DNA from: Sphingomonas sp.
Lineage (GTDB): Bacteria; Pseudomonadota; Alphaproteobacteria; Sphingomonadales; Sphingomonadaceae
Direction of reading: 5' to 3'
Length of the DNA stretch: 46,642 bases
Assembly: GCA_035554515.1 (NCBI GenBank)
Contig: DATMIP010000158.1
Span: forward strand, 1-46,642
Shown: one piece after another, positions 28,354 through 37,937 of the stretch
How positions within the stretch are numbered: position 1 is the stretch's first letter
Layout: each line of letters begins with the position of its first letter
Translations under genes and position numbers: made by a program
Notes under the pieces: model-generated
Seen by the model: the letters and a program-made list of their open reading frames with translations, nothing else
Database searches by the model: none
Told to the model about the DNA's origin: nothing

Positions 28354-28601
28354 CAGCGTAGCGCCGGCCGGCGGCCCCACGCCTCCGGCCGCATTTGATC
28401 AGCCCCGATTTCGACAGGCGTGGGCATGGCGAGCAGATCGACGATAGTCTCGGTCTGCCCGGTAAGATGGCGGAAGGATTCGATGCTCATCAGTACATGG
28501 GTCGGTTTGCCGCGGTCGGTTACGAACACCGGCTCGATTCGCGCGGCACGCTTGGCATTGCTCACATCCTGATTGAAGTCGCGGCTGCTGACTACCTTCA
28601 T
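28353..28601 (-). CDS. Phd/YefM-family antitoxin
   Basis: SSRDFNQDVSNAKRAA...PVFVTDRGKPTHVLMSI, a typical Phd/StbC-like pattern; 82 aa, upstream of the PIN gene. Confidence 0.9.
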   Translation of the reverse strand: MKVVSSRDFNQDVSNAKRAARIEPVFVTDRGKPTHVLMSIESFRHLTGQTETIVDLLAMPTPVEIGADQMRPEAWGRRPALR

Positions 28602-28618
28602 AGCACCCCCGTCTTGAA

Positions 28619-28665
28619 CCTACATATCTACAAATCAGCAGTATGATATGTAGGCACGTTACTAC
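28619..28665. promoter_or_regulatory. Candidate TA operator in the divergent promoter region
   Basis: Perfect 10-bp inverted repeat CCTACATATC(28619-28628)-N16-GATATGTAGG(28645-28654), plus overlapping imperfect palindrome GTAGgcACGTtaCTAC (28650-28665). Confidence 0.65.
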
Positions 28666-28819
28666 TTTGTAGCGTTAGCGCAACAGCTTTGCCGGACGAC
28701 CGCGAAATCGTGCGTCGCCCTTCCGATTTCCGGTTGCAGGGGCCGGCAAAATACAGGTTCCTTGAAGCAACGCACCGGTGAAACGGGCAAGAACGGGCGT
28801 ATCAGGAGGGGAATGCGCG

Positions 28820-30199
28820 ATGATGAACGAGATCATGGACAGCCTGTATGCAACCATAGGGGGGTTGTTGTCCGCGCACGGCCCCGCGATGGTCGAGGGC
28901 GGCCCGAAAACCTATGCGCCGGGCGATTTCAGCGTCCATTTCTTCCTCCAACTGGCGATTATCATCCTTGCCTGCCGGGTGGTGGGCTGGCTTGGCCAGA
29001 AGTATCTCGCCCAGCCGCAGGTGGTGGGTGAGATGATCGCCGGCGTGGTCCTTGGCCCGTCGCTGATCGGTCTGATCTGGCCCGATCTTCAGTCCGCCTT
29101 GTTCCCCAAGGAGACCAAGACCATACTCTACGTCGGAGCGCAGTTCGGCGTGGGACTTTATATGTTCCTGGTCGGCACGACCCTTCAGCTTGATCATTTC
29201 AAGTCGAAGGCACGCAGCGCGTTCGGGGTTTCGCTGGCCGGAATCGCGGCGCCCTTCGCGTTTGCGGTACTGATCACACCCTTCCTGCTCACCATTCCGG
29301 GCCTCTTCGCGGACGGGATCAGCCGCTTCAACGCCACCTTGTTCATCGGTGCCTGCATCGCGCTCACCGCCTTTCCCATGCTTGCGCGCATCATCAACGA
29401 ACGGGGTCTTTCCAATAGCTCGCTCGGTACGCTTTCGCTGACGGCGGGTGCCTTCGACGATGCTTGTTCATGGTGCATCCTGGCGATCGTCCTCGCGACT
29501 TTCGGGGCGGGGCCGGGCGTCGCCGTGCTCGCGATTGGCGGCGGAATCGCTTATGCCGTTTTTCTGGTCCTGTTCGGCCGCAGACTGCTCGCGCCGCTCG
29601 GTGCGGCCGTGGAACGCAAGGGTGAGATGAGCACTACGGTGCTGGCTATCACGATGATGCTGTTCTGCCTTTCCGCCTTTTTCATGGACGCGATCGGCAT
29701 CCACGCCATCTTCGGCGGCTTCATTCTCGGCGCGGTCATGCCGCGCGGCCTGTTCGTGACCGAGCTCAAGAGGAAGGTCGAGCCGCTCGCGGTCGTGCTG
29801 CTGCTGCCCATGTTCTTCACCTATTCGGGGCTCAATACCCGCATGGACATGGTCAATTCGCCTATGCTCCTGCTGATCGCACTTGGTATCCTGCTGGTGT
29901 CGATCGCGGCCAAGTTCGGGGCCTGTTACGCCGCTGCCCGGATCGCCGGGGAGGATAATCGCACCGCGCTTGGCATCGGCGCGCTCATGAACTCGCGCGG
30001 ACTGATGGAACTGATCATCATCAATATCGGCCTGCAAAAAGGCATAATCGGCCCGACCTTGTTCGCGATGATGGTGCTGATGGCAATCGTGACCACCGTG
30101 ATGGCGACCCCGCTGTTCGAGCTGGTCTACGGCCGCAAGGCGCGCGCCACCGGAGAGCTTGGCGCGGTTCCTGGCGATCTTGCCGCCCAACCGACCTGA
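28820..30199 (+). CDS. Cation:proton antiporter (CPA2/KefB-like, no TrkA domain)
   Basis: QPQVVGEMIAGVVLGPS, TAFPMLARII.E, AGAFDD, GIHAIFGGF, LMNSRGLMELI; AGGAGG RBS. Confidence 0.9.
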   Translation: MMNEIMDSLYATIGGLLSAHGPAMVEGGPKTYAPGDFSVHFFLQLAIIILACRVVGWLGQKYLAQPQVVGEMIAGVVLGPSLIGLIWPDLQSALFPKETKTILYVGAQFGVGLYMFLVGTTLQLDHFKSKARSAFGVSLAGIAAPFAFAVLITPFLLTIPGLFADGISRFNATLFIGACIALTAFPMLARIINERGLSNSSLGTLSLTAGAFDDACSWCILAIVLATFGAGPGVAVLAIGGGIAYAVFLVLFGRRLLAPLGAAVERKGEMSTTVLAITMMLFCLSAFFMDAIGIHAIFGGFILGAVMPRGLFVTELKRKVEPLAVVLLLPMFFTYSGLNTRMDMVNSPMLLLIALGILLVSIAAKFGACYAAARIAGEDNRTALGIGALMNSRGLMELIIINIGLQKGIIGPTLFAMMVLMAIVTTVMATPLFELVYGRKARATGELGAVPGDLAAQPT

Positions 30200-30230
30200 C
30201 CCCCCGCCTAGGCGCTGCTAGCTGGCGCCC

Positions 30231-30267
30231 GCCCCCGCCCCTTAACAGGGACGGGGGTGCCCTTTTT
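30231..30267 (+). terminator. Intrinsic terminator between the convergent antiporter and M1 peptidase genes
   Basis: GCCCCCGCCCCT-taac-AGGGACGGGGGT stem followed by GCCCTTTTT. Confidence 0.6.
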
Positions 30268-30285
30268 CGCAGCGGGCAAGCATTC

Positions 30286-32160
30286 TCAGCGGCTCACTTT
30301 TTTCCAGTCGAGCAGCTTGTCGACCGTCGCGACCACGGTCGGGTGATAATTTGGACGGGCGGTCGTGTAGATGCGCCGCGCGATCGGGCCGCCCCAATCA
30401 CCTTCGGCCTTGAGTCCGCGATAGAGCGGGTAGATTAACAGCCCCCGGCCGACGCGGGGCAGATATTCGGCGAGCGAGGGCGTTGCCGCATCATAATGGT
30501 TGGCGATAGCAAGAACGAGCCAGGCGGAGCGGACATAAGCATTCGCAGAGGCCGACAGGCCGAGATCCCTGTCCAGCTCCGCCAGGCGTTCGGGCGATTG
30601 CTCGCGCGGCAGGCGATTGAGGAAGCGCAGCCATTCCTGTGTGGACCAACGTGACGCGTCGATCGCCTTGATCGGGGCGCCGGCATTTACCTGCTCGAGC
30701 GTCTCATCGATCTTGGCGAGCGTTGCCGACTGGATATGGACGGCGTTGGCCGGAAGCCCCGGCTTGTAGACCCACTCGTCAAGATCGAGCTGATCCTCGA
30801 GGCTCTTGTCGCCCCGGACCAGATTGGCGCGCAGATCGGCGAGAAAGCCCGCGGTCGTCTGCGGCTGGAAGGCATGACGATCGAAATAAGAGGCCAGATA
30901 GGCATCCCAGCGTGGTCGCCCGACCGCGATTTCGATCGTGCGCAGAAAGGTGGAGCCTTTGGTGTAATCGAGCTGCCCATAAGTCGCCTCGGGATCGCCT
31001 TGGAGGCGGGTGGCATCGGGCTTGGCCGCTTTCAGGTCGCGCTGCAGATCGTCCCAGGAAAGATCGGCCAGCGTCGCGCTGCGCCCCTTGCCATAGACCT
31101 CCTCGTCGATCCGGTTCTCGAAATAGGTGGTGAAGCCTTCGTTGAGCCAGATGTCGGACCAGGTGGCGTTGGTCACCAGATTGCCCGACCAGCTATGGGC
31201 CAGCTCGTGTGCGATCACGTCGACGTTGGATTTATCGCCGGTGATTATCGTGGGCGTGGCGAAGGTGAGCGTCGGGTTTTCCATCCCGCCATATGGAAAG
31301 GAGGGGGGCAAAACGAGCACGTCGTAGCGACCCCAGCGATAAGGCCCGTAAAGCTTCTCGGCGGCATCAACCATCTTCTCGGTATCGCTGAGCTCGCGCG
31401 CCGCGCGATCGAGCATGGCGGGCTCGGTATAGACACCGGTGCGCGGCCCCAGCGGCCGGAAGGCCAGATCCCCGACGGCCAGCGCGATCAGATATGGGGG
31501 GACATTATGGTCCATGCGGAAGCGATAGCTGGACCAGCCTTTCTTCGCCGGCACGCCCGCCCGCGTCAGCCGCTTTCCGCTCATCACCGCGACGAGATCG
31601 GAGGGCACCGTGATTTTCGCGGTCCAGCTCTGGCGGATGCCGGGGCTGTCCTGGGTAGGAATCCAGCTACGATTATTGATCGACTGACCCTGGCTGTAGA
31701 GGTAGGGCTTCTTCTTGCCCGCGGTCAGCGCCGGGGCCAGCCAGCCGAGCGCTCTTGCGTCGGAGCTCGAGCGATATGTGACGATGATCCGACGCGCATT
31801 GCCGATTTGCACGGTCAGCGGCGCGCCCATATATTCGTCATGTTTCCCGACCGAATATCTGAGCGGGCGGCCAGCTGCGTCGGTGATGCGCGCGATGACG
31901 AGCTTGCTATCATCCAGGACGATTTCTCGTGCGCCCAGGCTGGCGAGGATGTCCAGCGCCGCCGTCCCGCGCATGACGTGCGCGCCAAAATCGGCGGTGA
32001 GATCGAGATCCACATGCGTAACGCGCGCGATCTCGGGACGGGCGTAGGATAAGGTATCGCGCGCGTCGGGTGTGGTGAGAATTGGCGAAGGCGCGTCAGG
32101 ACGGGCGAGGAGCGGAGCAGCGACCATGGCTCCGCCGAGGATCGTGGCGAGAATGCGCAT
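30286..32160 (-). CDS. Secreted M1-family Zn aminopeptidase (leukotriene A4 hydrolase-like)
   Basis: YGGMENP, AHELAHSWSGNLVTNATW...WLNEG (HEXXH-x18-E), YTKG; signal peptide. Confidence 0.93.
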   Translation of the reverse strand: MRILATILGGAMVAAPLLARPDAPSPILTTPDARDTLSYARPEIARVTHVDLDLTADFGAHVMRGTAALDILASLGAREIVLDDSKLVIARITDAAGRPLRYSVGKHDEYMGAPLTVQIGNARRIIVTYRSSSDARALGWLAPALTAGKKKPYLYSQGQSINNRSWIPTQDSPGIRQSWTAKITVPSDLVAVMSGKRLTRAGVPAKKGWSSYRFRMDHNVPPYLIALAVGDLAFRPLGPRTGVYTEPAMLDRAARELSDTEKMVDAAEKLYGPYRWGRYDVLVLPPSFPYGGMENPTLTFATPTIITGDKSNVDVIAHELAHSWSGNLVTNATWSDIWLNEGFTTYFENRIDEEVYGKGRSATLADLSWDDLQRDLKAAKPDATRLQGDPEATYGQLDYTKGSTFLRTIEIAVGRPRWDAYLASYFDRHAFQPQTTAGFLADLRANLVRGDKSLEDQLDLDEWVYKPGLPANAVHIQSATLAKIDETLEQVNAGAPIKAIDASRWSTQEWLRFLNRLPREQSPERLAELDRDLGLSASANAYVRSAWLVLAIANHYDAATPSLAEYLPRVGRGLLIYPLYRGLKAEGDWGGPIARRIYTTARPNYHPTVVATVDKLLDWKKVSR

Positions 32161-32328
32161 ATATGCCTTTCGGGCGTTCGGATATTGCCTGGCCTTGTGG
32201 GCCCGACGCTGGCCGCCCGCAAGCGACTGCGACAGAAGCTAACGCAACCTGGAAGATATCGAAAAAGGCCATGTCGCTGATCCCTGCGGCAAGCACCATT
32301 CGACCGCCCAAAGGAAACCGGCAAGAGG

Positions 32329-34050
32329 TTAATGTTCGCGGTGCATCGCGAGCGCCTTGTCGACGGCGGTCGCAAGCGTTTCCATACGATAAGGCTTGCG
32401 GACAACGGGGAAGCCCTGCGATCCGGCTGCGGCAAAGGCCTCGCTATAGCCGGTCGTCAGGATGATCGGCAGTTGCGGGCGGCGTTGCTTGAGCTTGCCC
32501 GCAAGCTCCACGCCGCTCATGCCGGGCATCACCACGTCGCTGAAGACGATATCATATTGTGCCCCCTCGTCGGAAAGGGAGAGGGCTTCCGGGCCGCTGC
32601 GCGCGCGAACGACCTTGTGACCCAATTCGCCGAGCAGAGTTTCGGCAAGATTGCCGACTGCTTCATTGTCCTCCACCAACAGGATGCGACCTGCCGGCCC
32701 GTTCGCCGCCATTGCCTGGCCCGTTTGGGCGGATACTGGCAATGGTTCAGCGCTTGCCGGTAGCTCCAGGGTGACGATCGTTCCCTTGCCGACCTCGCTC
32801 TCGATCCGTGCTTCGCCGCCCGATTGCGCCGCAAAGCCGTAGACCTGGCTCAGGCCAAGCCCGGTACCCTTTCCGACGACCTTGGTGGTGAAAAAGGGTT
32901 CGAAGACGTGTTTGATCTGGTCCGGCCCGATCCCGCTGCCATTGTCCTCGACCGAAATGACCACGGCCGGTCCGCGCTTACCCTCCTTCTGGCCAGTGAT
33001 GTTGCGCGTACGGATCGTGATCTCACCTCCGCCGGGCATAGCATCGCGCGCATTGATCACGATGTTGAGGATCGCGGCTTCCAACTGCCCCGGATCGACA
33101 TCGACCGGCAGGAGTGCCTGTTCAAGTTGCGTGCCGAGCCTGATATCGGGGCCCAGGGTGGGCTGGAGCATGTCCAGCATCACCAGGATGCGCCGATTGA
33201 CGTCCAATATCTCGGGTTTGAGCGGCTGACGGCGCGCGAACGCCAGGAGTTGACCCGTCAACAGCGCGCCGCGGGCCGATGCTTCGATTATCGCGTTGGT
33301 GAAGCGCAGGCGTTTCTCCTCCGTCAGGGACGGCCGCAGCAACATTTCGGCCGAACCCTGGACCACTGCCAACAGATTGTTGAAGTCGTGCGCAACCCCA
33401 CCCGTCAGCTGGCCCATGGCCTGCATCTTCTGCGCCTCTCGAAGCTGTTCTTCTGTGCGTGTGCGTTCCTCGATCTGGAACTGGAGCGCACGATTGGCCT
33501 CCGCCAGCGTCCGGTTGACGCGGCGCAACGCAAATTGCCCATAGCCGAGTACGGCGAGCACCAGCGATGTCATCACCACCAGCAGCGCGATCATCGCGTA
33601 GCGCGACAAGCGGCGAGCAATCGGATCGATTGTGCCGGCAAGGTAGACTGTCCCGATGCGGGTGCCGCGGCGCATCACCGGCACGGCAGCATGGACGGCG
33701 GGGCCATCCAATACGTCGAACCCCGGAAAACGACTGGGCAGGGCGGCCGCCCGCGTATATCCGGCGAGCCGGTCCCCCCGGGAATCATAGATTCCTGCCA
33801 TTTGCACCTGTGGGTTCAGGCGGAGAGCGTTTGCGGATTCCTGCGCGACGGCCCGATCGCCGAAATCGACCGCGGCGGTGACACTTGCCGCCAGAATCTC
33901 CGCTTGCACCTGCATCGCGCCCTGCTGTGCCTGGCGGTAACGCTGTTCGTTCTGGAAGATGATCAGAAGGCCGGCGAGCAGCAAGGCGAGCACAGCCAGC
34001 GGGACCAGGGCCGGAACAGCGTAGCGGGTCAGGAAGGGGGTGATCTTCAT
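32329..34050 (-). CDS. Hybrid sensor histidine kinase with YfiN-like periplasmic sensor and C-terminal receiver
   Basis: Two TM segments around ILAA...AAVDFGD...A..(CHASE8-like); GGVAHDFNNLL H-box; NARDAM, D.GSG, FEPFFTTK, GTGLGL; receiver LLVED..SDVVMPG..KPY. Confidence 0.9.
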   Translation of the reverse strand: MKITPFLTRYAVPALVPLAVLALLLAGLLIIFQNEQRYRQAQQGAMQVQAEILAASVTAAVDFGDRAVAQESANALRLNPQVQMAGIYDSRGDRLAGYTRAAALPSRFPGFDVLDGPAVHAAVPVMRRGTRIGTVYLAGTIDPIARRLSRYAMIALLVVMTSLVLAVLGYGQFALRRVNRTLAEANRALQFQIEERTRTEEQLREAQKMQAMGQLTGGVAHDFNNLLAVVQGSAEMLLRPSLTEEKRLRFTNAIIEASARGALLTGQLLAFARRQPLKPEILDVNRRILVMLDMLQPTLGPDIRLGTQLEQALLPVDVDPGQLEAAILNIVINARDAMPGGGEITIRTRNITGQKEGKRGPAVVISVEDNGSGIGPDQIKHVFEPFFTTKVVGKGTGLGLSQVYGFAAQSGGEARIESEVGKGTIVTLELPASAEPLPVSAQTGQAMAANGPAGRILLVEDNEAVGNLAETLLGELGHKVVRARSGPEALSLSDEGAQYDIVFSDVVMPGMSGVELAGKLKQRRPQLPIILTTGYSEAFAAAGSQGFPVVRKPYRMETLATAVDKALAMHREH

Positions 34051-34610
34051 GAGGGCTGCGGCCTTGGATTGACAATGAGCGCGAGGCTGAGCAAGCGTGC
34101 GCTGATCGCAAGATTGGCTTGGGCTGCCTGCGCGTCATCGATGTAGAAGCGGACGCGCCCGTCCTTGAGTGTGAAATGTACTATGCCGCGTTCGGCGCCG
34201 AGGGCGGCGTCGGTGACAGTGAGAATCGCTTTTCCGCGGAGGGCATCGCTCATCGCACTGATGCCTTGTGTAGCCGTGCCGCCCAGAAAGGCGATCTGGC
34301 AGCCCGCTGCCGCTGCGGTTCCACTAAGCCGGCGTATCAGGAAAGGGTGAAGGTCGACCCGTTGTCCTGCCACAATCTGGTCCAGCTGCCCCCCGAACGG
34401 ATCGCGGCCGATAATACAGAGCTTGATCGGCTCACTGGGGGCGCCGAGCGCGGCTGGCGGCCACATCACATAAGCAGCGAATTTCGCCAGGAATACGCCC
34501 TTTACCTGGTTTTCCAGGGCATGAGACTGCCCCGCCGCCGCCCCTGCGAGCGAAACGGCGCACAGCAGACCCAGGCCATGGAAGATTACACGGAGGCGAG
34601 GATTCACCAT
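34047..34610 (-). CDS. YfiR/HmsC-family periplasmic regulator
   Basis: Signal peptide, VKGVFL.KFA.YV.WP, LCIIG.DPFG, ILTVTD, VRF.I, ISARLL.LA; ATGA overlap with the kinase. Confidence 0.88.
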   Translation of the reverse strand: MVNPRLRVIFHGLGLLCAVSLAGAAAGQSHALENQVKGVFLAKFAAYVMWPPAALGAPSEPIKLCIIGRDPFGGQLDQIVAGQRVDLHPFLIRRLSGTAAAAGCQIAFLGGTATQGISAMSDALRGKAILTVTDAALGAERGIVHFTLKDGRVRFYIDDAQAAQANLAISARLLSLALIVNPRPQPS

Positions 34611-34722
34611 CGATTCAATTCGCCGCTTATGCCTCTATTATACGTACAGAAAATACGCCACCATTTAAAGATATTTGCGTAGAACGGAGGGTTGATTCGA
34701 CGAAACATGCGTGGATTTCGTT

Positions 34723-36687
34723 TTAGATTTTCCAACGGGCTTCAACAGAAAGACTTCTTCTGATCTGAACACCGACCGGCCCGACCTGCAATGTATTCGT
34801 TATGGGGCTAAATTCGGTATGACGCTTGTGCAGAAGGTTGGATCCTGTGGCGGAAAACTCAAGCTGATCGGAGACTGCCCAGGCGAGCCGTGCGTTGAGC
34901 TCTGTATAAGCGGGTGATGGCGGAGCCGGCAGGGCGCCGATCCGACGAAGTGCGAGATCGAACGAGACGCCGCGGCCTAGATCCATCGCGGAGCGTAGGG
35001 AAAGCTGATAGTCGGGATCGTTGCCGGCGATCTGGATTCCACCGAGACGACTGCTGCCGTGCTTGAAGCGCAAATCCTTGTGCAGCCAATTGGCGCCCGC
35101 CATCAGCCTCCACCAGCGTGCCGGGCTGTAGTTTGCCCAGAATTCGACCCCGTAAGTCTCCCCCTTCATCCCGTTTTCGAAAGTGATGGGCAGCCCGCCA
35201 TGCGTATATTCGGCGCTGCGCAGATTAGGGTACAGGTTGTAGAAGGTCGAAACCGAGAAAGAGAGGTCGGGCAGCGGCTGGGCGCGGTAGCCGAGTTCAA
35301 AGGCGGTCACCTTGACGGCCTGCATATCGCCGCCTGCCAGCACAACAGTGGGGCCGGAATATTGCGCGGCGTCGCGGTCGATCCGCGACGGTATGCGCAC
35401 CGCCCGCGATGCGGAAAGCCACAGCAGGCCGGAGTTGGTGATCGGCCACGACAGGCGCATGTTCGGCATGACTTCGAGACCGGTATAGGGTTCGCGCTCC
35501 AGCTTGATGCCGGCGGTAAGTTTGAGTCTGTCCGTCAGCGGCAGCGTGTCCTGGAGAAAAAGGTTCCACAGCGTCAGCGTGCGGCTCTGCGGATCGAAGG
35601 CGACCGCCTGGACCGGCGAGAGAATGGTCGGGAAATCATCGCGCATCAGCCGATACCCGCCGCCCCAGACGACGACGTGATTGCCCAGCGACACGTTTTG
35701 CTGCGCCTGGATGTCGTACGTATCCAGCTTATTTGCGAAATAGCCGGGCACGGAAAACTGCACATGGTCGTAATAAGCCTGAACCTGCAGGCTCGATCCG
35801 GAACCCGTATCATGGATCCAGCGGGCGAGGAGATTATGTCCCGACATGGCCTGATGGGGGGAGCTCAGCTGCTGTTCGGCCCCGTCATAAATATCGCCCT
35901 GGACCGTGATCGCGTCGTCGGCCGGCTGCCAATCCGCACGAAATCCGCTTTGTATCTTGTGCCATGCGTCCTGCGCCTTGGCGCCGGCGGCGGTAAGGTC
36001 GACATTGCGGTGATCGAAGCCGCCAACGTAGAAACGATAGGTGAGATCGTCCGACAATTTTCCACCGTAGCGCAGCCGACCGCGAAGCTCGCTATTGCCG
36101 CCGCCAGCTTCCATCGACACGCCCTGCGTATCGCTCGATTTGCGCGTAAGGATGTTGACCACGCCATTGACGGCGTTCGCCCCCCACAAGGTTCCGCCGG
36201 GGCCGCTGATAACCTCGATCCGCTCGATGTCGTCGGCGGCGACCTGTTGCATCTCCCAGTTCACGCCCGAGGAGAAAGGCGTGTAAATGCTGCGCCCATC
36301 CACCAGCGCCAGCAACTTGTCGGCAAGGCTGCTGTTGAACCCCCGCGCCGAGACTGCATAGCGGCTGGCGGTTATCTGCGCGACCTGAAGGTTTGGCGCC
36401 AGGCGCAGCATCTCCGGAATGCTCGTCGCACCCGATCGCAGGATGTCATCGTGGGTAATGGCGTAGATTGCCGCCGGAGCGTCGCCCAACGGCTGCGCAC
36501 TCTTGGAGACCGACGTCACCTCAATCTGTGCAAGTTCCTCGATCGACATGCTGGCGAGGTCGGGTCCCTCGGCACCGGCCCTTGCCGACAACACGCCCAG
36601 AAACGCGACCCAAACACCGAAACGTGACCATGTCAGCGGGCGATCAACCGATTTCATATCCCAGCAAGAGCCTGTCTGGATGCGCAA
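34723..36687 (-). CDS. TonB-dependent receptor (YfiR-associated type); start uncertain
   Basis: MSIEELAQIEVTSVSK, APAAI..IT..DI..SG, LVDGRSIY, IERIEVISGPGGTLWGANAVNGVVNI plug motifs; beta-barrel C-terminus ARWKI. Confidence 0.9.
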   Translation of the reverse strand: MRIQTGSCWDMKSVDRPLTWSRFGVWVAFLGVLSARAGAEGPDLASMSIEELAQIEVTSVSKSAQPLGDAPAAIYAITHDDILRSGATSIPEMLRLAPNLQVAQITASRYAVSARGFNSSLADKLLALVDGRSIYTPFSSGVNWEMQQVAADDIERIEVISGPGGTLWGANAVNGVVNILTRKSSDTQGVSMEAGGGNSELRGRLRYGGKLSDDLTYRFYVGGFDHRNVDLTAAGAKAQDAWHKIQSGFRADWQPADDAITVQGDIYDGAEQQLSSPHQAMSGHNLLARWIHDTGSGSSLQVQAYYDHVQFSVPGYFANKLDTYDIQAQQNVSLGNHVVVWGGGYRLMRDDFPTILSPVQAVAFDPQSRTLTLWNLFLQDTLPLTDRLKLTAGIKLEREPYTGLEVMPNMRLSWPITNSGLLWLSASRAVRIPSRIDRDAAQYSGPTVVLAGGDMQAVKVTAFELGYRAQPLPDLSFSVSTFYNLYPNLRSAEYTHGGLPITFENGMKGETYGVEFWANYSPARWWRLMAGANWLHKDLRFKHGSSRLGGIQIAGNDPDYQLSLRSAMDLGRGVSFDLALRRIGALPAPPSPAYTELNARLAWAVSDQLEFSATGSNLLHKRHTEFSPITNTLQVGPVGVQIRRSLSVEARWKI

Positions 36688-36929
36688 CCGAGCGAGGCGT
36701 GGACCGCTGCCACCTATGCGTCAAGATTAACGATCCGTTTCGGATGAGTAGGAGAATCGAGGGCGACAGATATCCCAAGAGAAACGGGATATTTCTAATA
36801 TATATTAAGTGGAATGGACATTCGTCTCCTGTCAGAAGGCCCGGTCACCGATGGAATTTTTTTGATTCAGAGAGGCCAGGCGCGCCACCAGCTTTAAGGA
36901 TGTCGCGCCTACCAATCTTGACGAAGGCG

Positions 36930-37937
36930 TCATTGAGACCAGCCATTGATCAGCAATGGCATGCGCAGCACCCGTGAGGACGAGGTCATGAACAACGTCC
37001 GGCCATTTTCACCAAAGCAGCAATTGGGGATTGGAGCGCCAGCCTCGATCAGCCCGAGCTGCTCGCCGTCCGGGGCCAATATCAGCATGCCGCCCGGTCC
37101 TGCGCAGAACATCGTTCCGTCAGCTGCGATCTTGATCCCGTCGGGATTGCCCCGCGCGGCGCCGTTCATGTCGAGGAAGAGGCGCCCGGGACCGGTCGGA
37201 AGCCCATCCGAGCCGAGATCGTAGACCAGGATCTTGCGGTCCTTTTCGTCCGAGTTCGACACAAAAAGACGTTTGTCGTTGGGCGACAATGCAATGCCGT
37301 TGGGGCGCGTGAGGCTGCCGTCGATCAGGACGGCATCGCCGCCTTCGGACCAGCGATATACGCCGTTCTGCGCGGCTTCCTTCAATGGGGAATTGTCGCC
37401 CTGGGTGAAACCATAGGGCGGATCGGTGAAATAGATCGCACCCGATCCGGCGACCGTCAGATCGTTGCAGCTGTTGAAGCGCTTGTTTCGGTAGCGGTCG
37501 ACCAGGGTTGTGCGCTGGCGGGTCTTGAGATCGACGCGATCGATCGAGCGCCCGCCGCTATTGGCGATCAGCAGCCGTCCTTGAGGATCGATCGCGAGGC
37601 CATTGGATCCCGCTTCCCGGACGAGTTTTGGATCGAGCCCCCCGGTACCCGATGGCGTCATGAAGACAGAGGCGCCGTCCTTGCGGCTCCAGCGCCGCAT
37701 GATGTTGGTCGGCGGATCGGAGAAGAGCAGATAGCCGCCGTTCCGGACCCATATTGGCCCCTCGGCCCATTGCATGCCGGTAGCGATCGTTTCGATCTCC
37801 GCGCCGGCCGACACGATACGGTCCAGCTTCGGAGAAAGGCGCCGAACCGAAGGCGCGCCCGCGGCGGCGGTGGCGGGCGCCGCCAACAAGGCAGCCCCCG
37901 AAACGAGCAGCGCGCGGCGGTCTAACATCAAGTTCAC
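36930..37937 (-). CDS. SMP-30/gluconolactonase-family protein, Tat-like signal
   Basis: WAEGPIW, LLFSD, GSNGL, NSCNDL, YFTDPPYG, PNGIALSP, PDGI; GTG at 37937 after AGGAGG; LDRRALL. Confidence 0.88.
   Translation of the reverse strand: MNLMLDRRALLVSGAALLAAPATAAAGAPSVRRLSPKLDRIVSAGAEIETIATGMQWAEGPIWVRNGGYLLFSDPPTNIMRRWSRKDGASVFMTPSGTGGLDPKLVREAGSNGLAIDPQGRLLIANSGGRSIDRVDLKTRQRTTLVDRYRNKRFNSCNDLTVAGSGAIYFTDPPYGFTQGDNSPLKEAAQNGVYRWSEGGDAVLIDGSLTRPNGIALSPNDKRLFVSNSDEKDRKILVYDLGSDGLPTGPGRLFLDMNGAARGNPDGIKIAADGTMFCAGPGGMLILAPDGEQLGLIEAGAPIPNCCFGENGRTLFMTSSSRVLRMPLLINGWSQ

Noticed and set aside
36688-36929. AT-rich stretch as an island boundary or CtrA site (TTAACGATCCGTTTC at about 36727)
   Set aside because: Only a half match to TTAA-N7-TTAA; no direct repeats, tRNA or integrase nearby; consistent with an ordinary promoter region.
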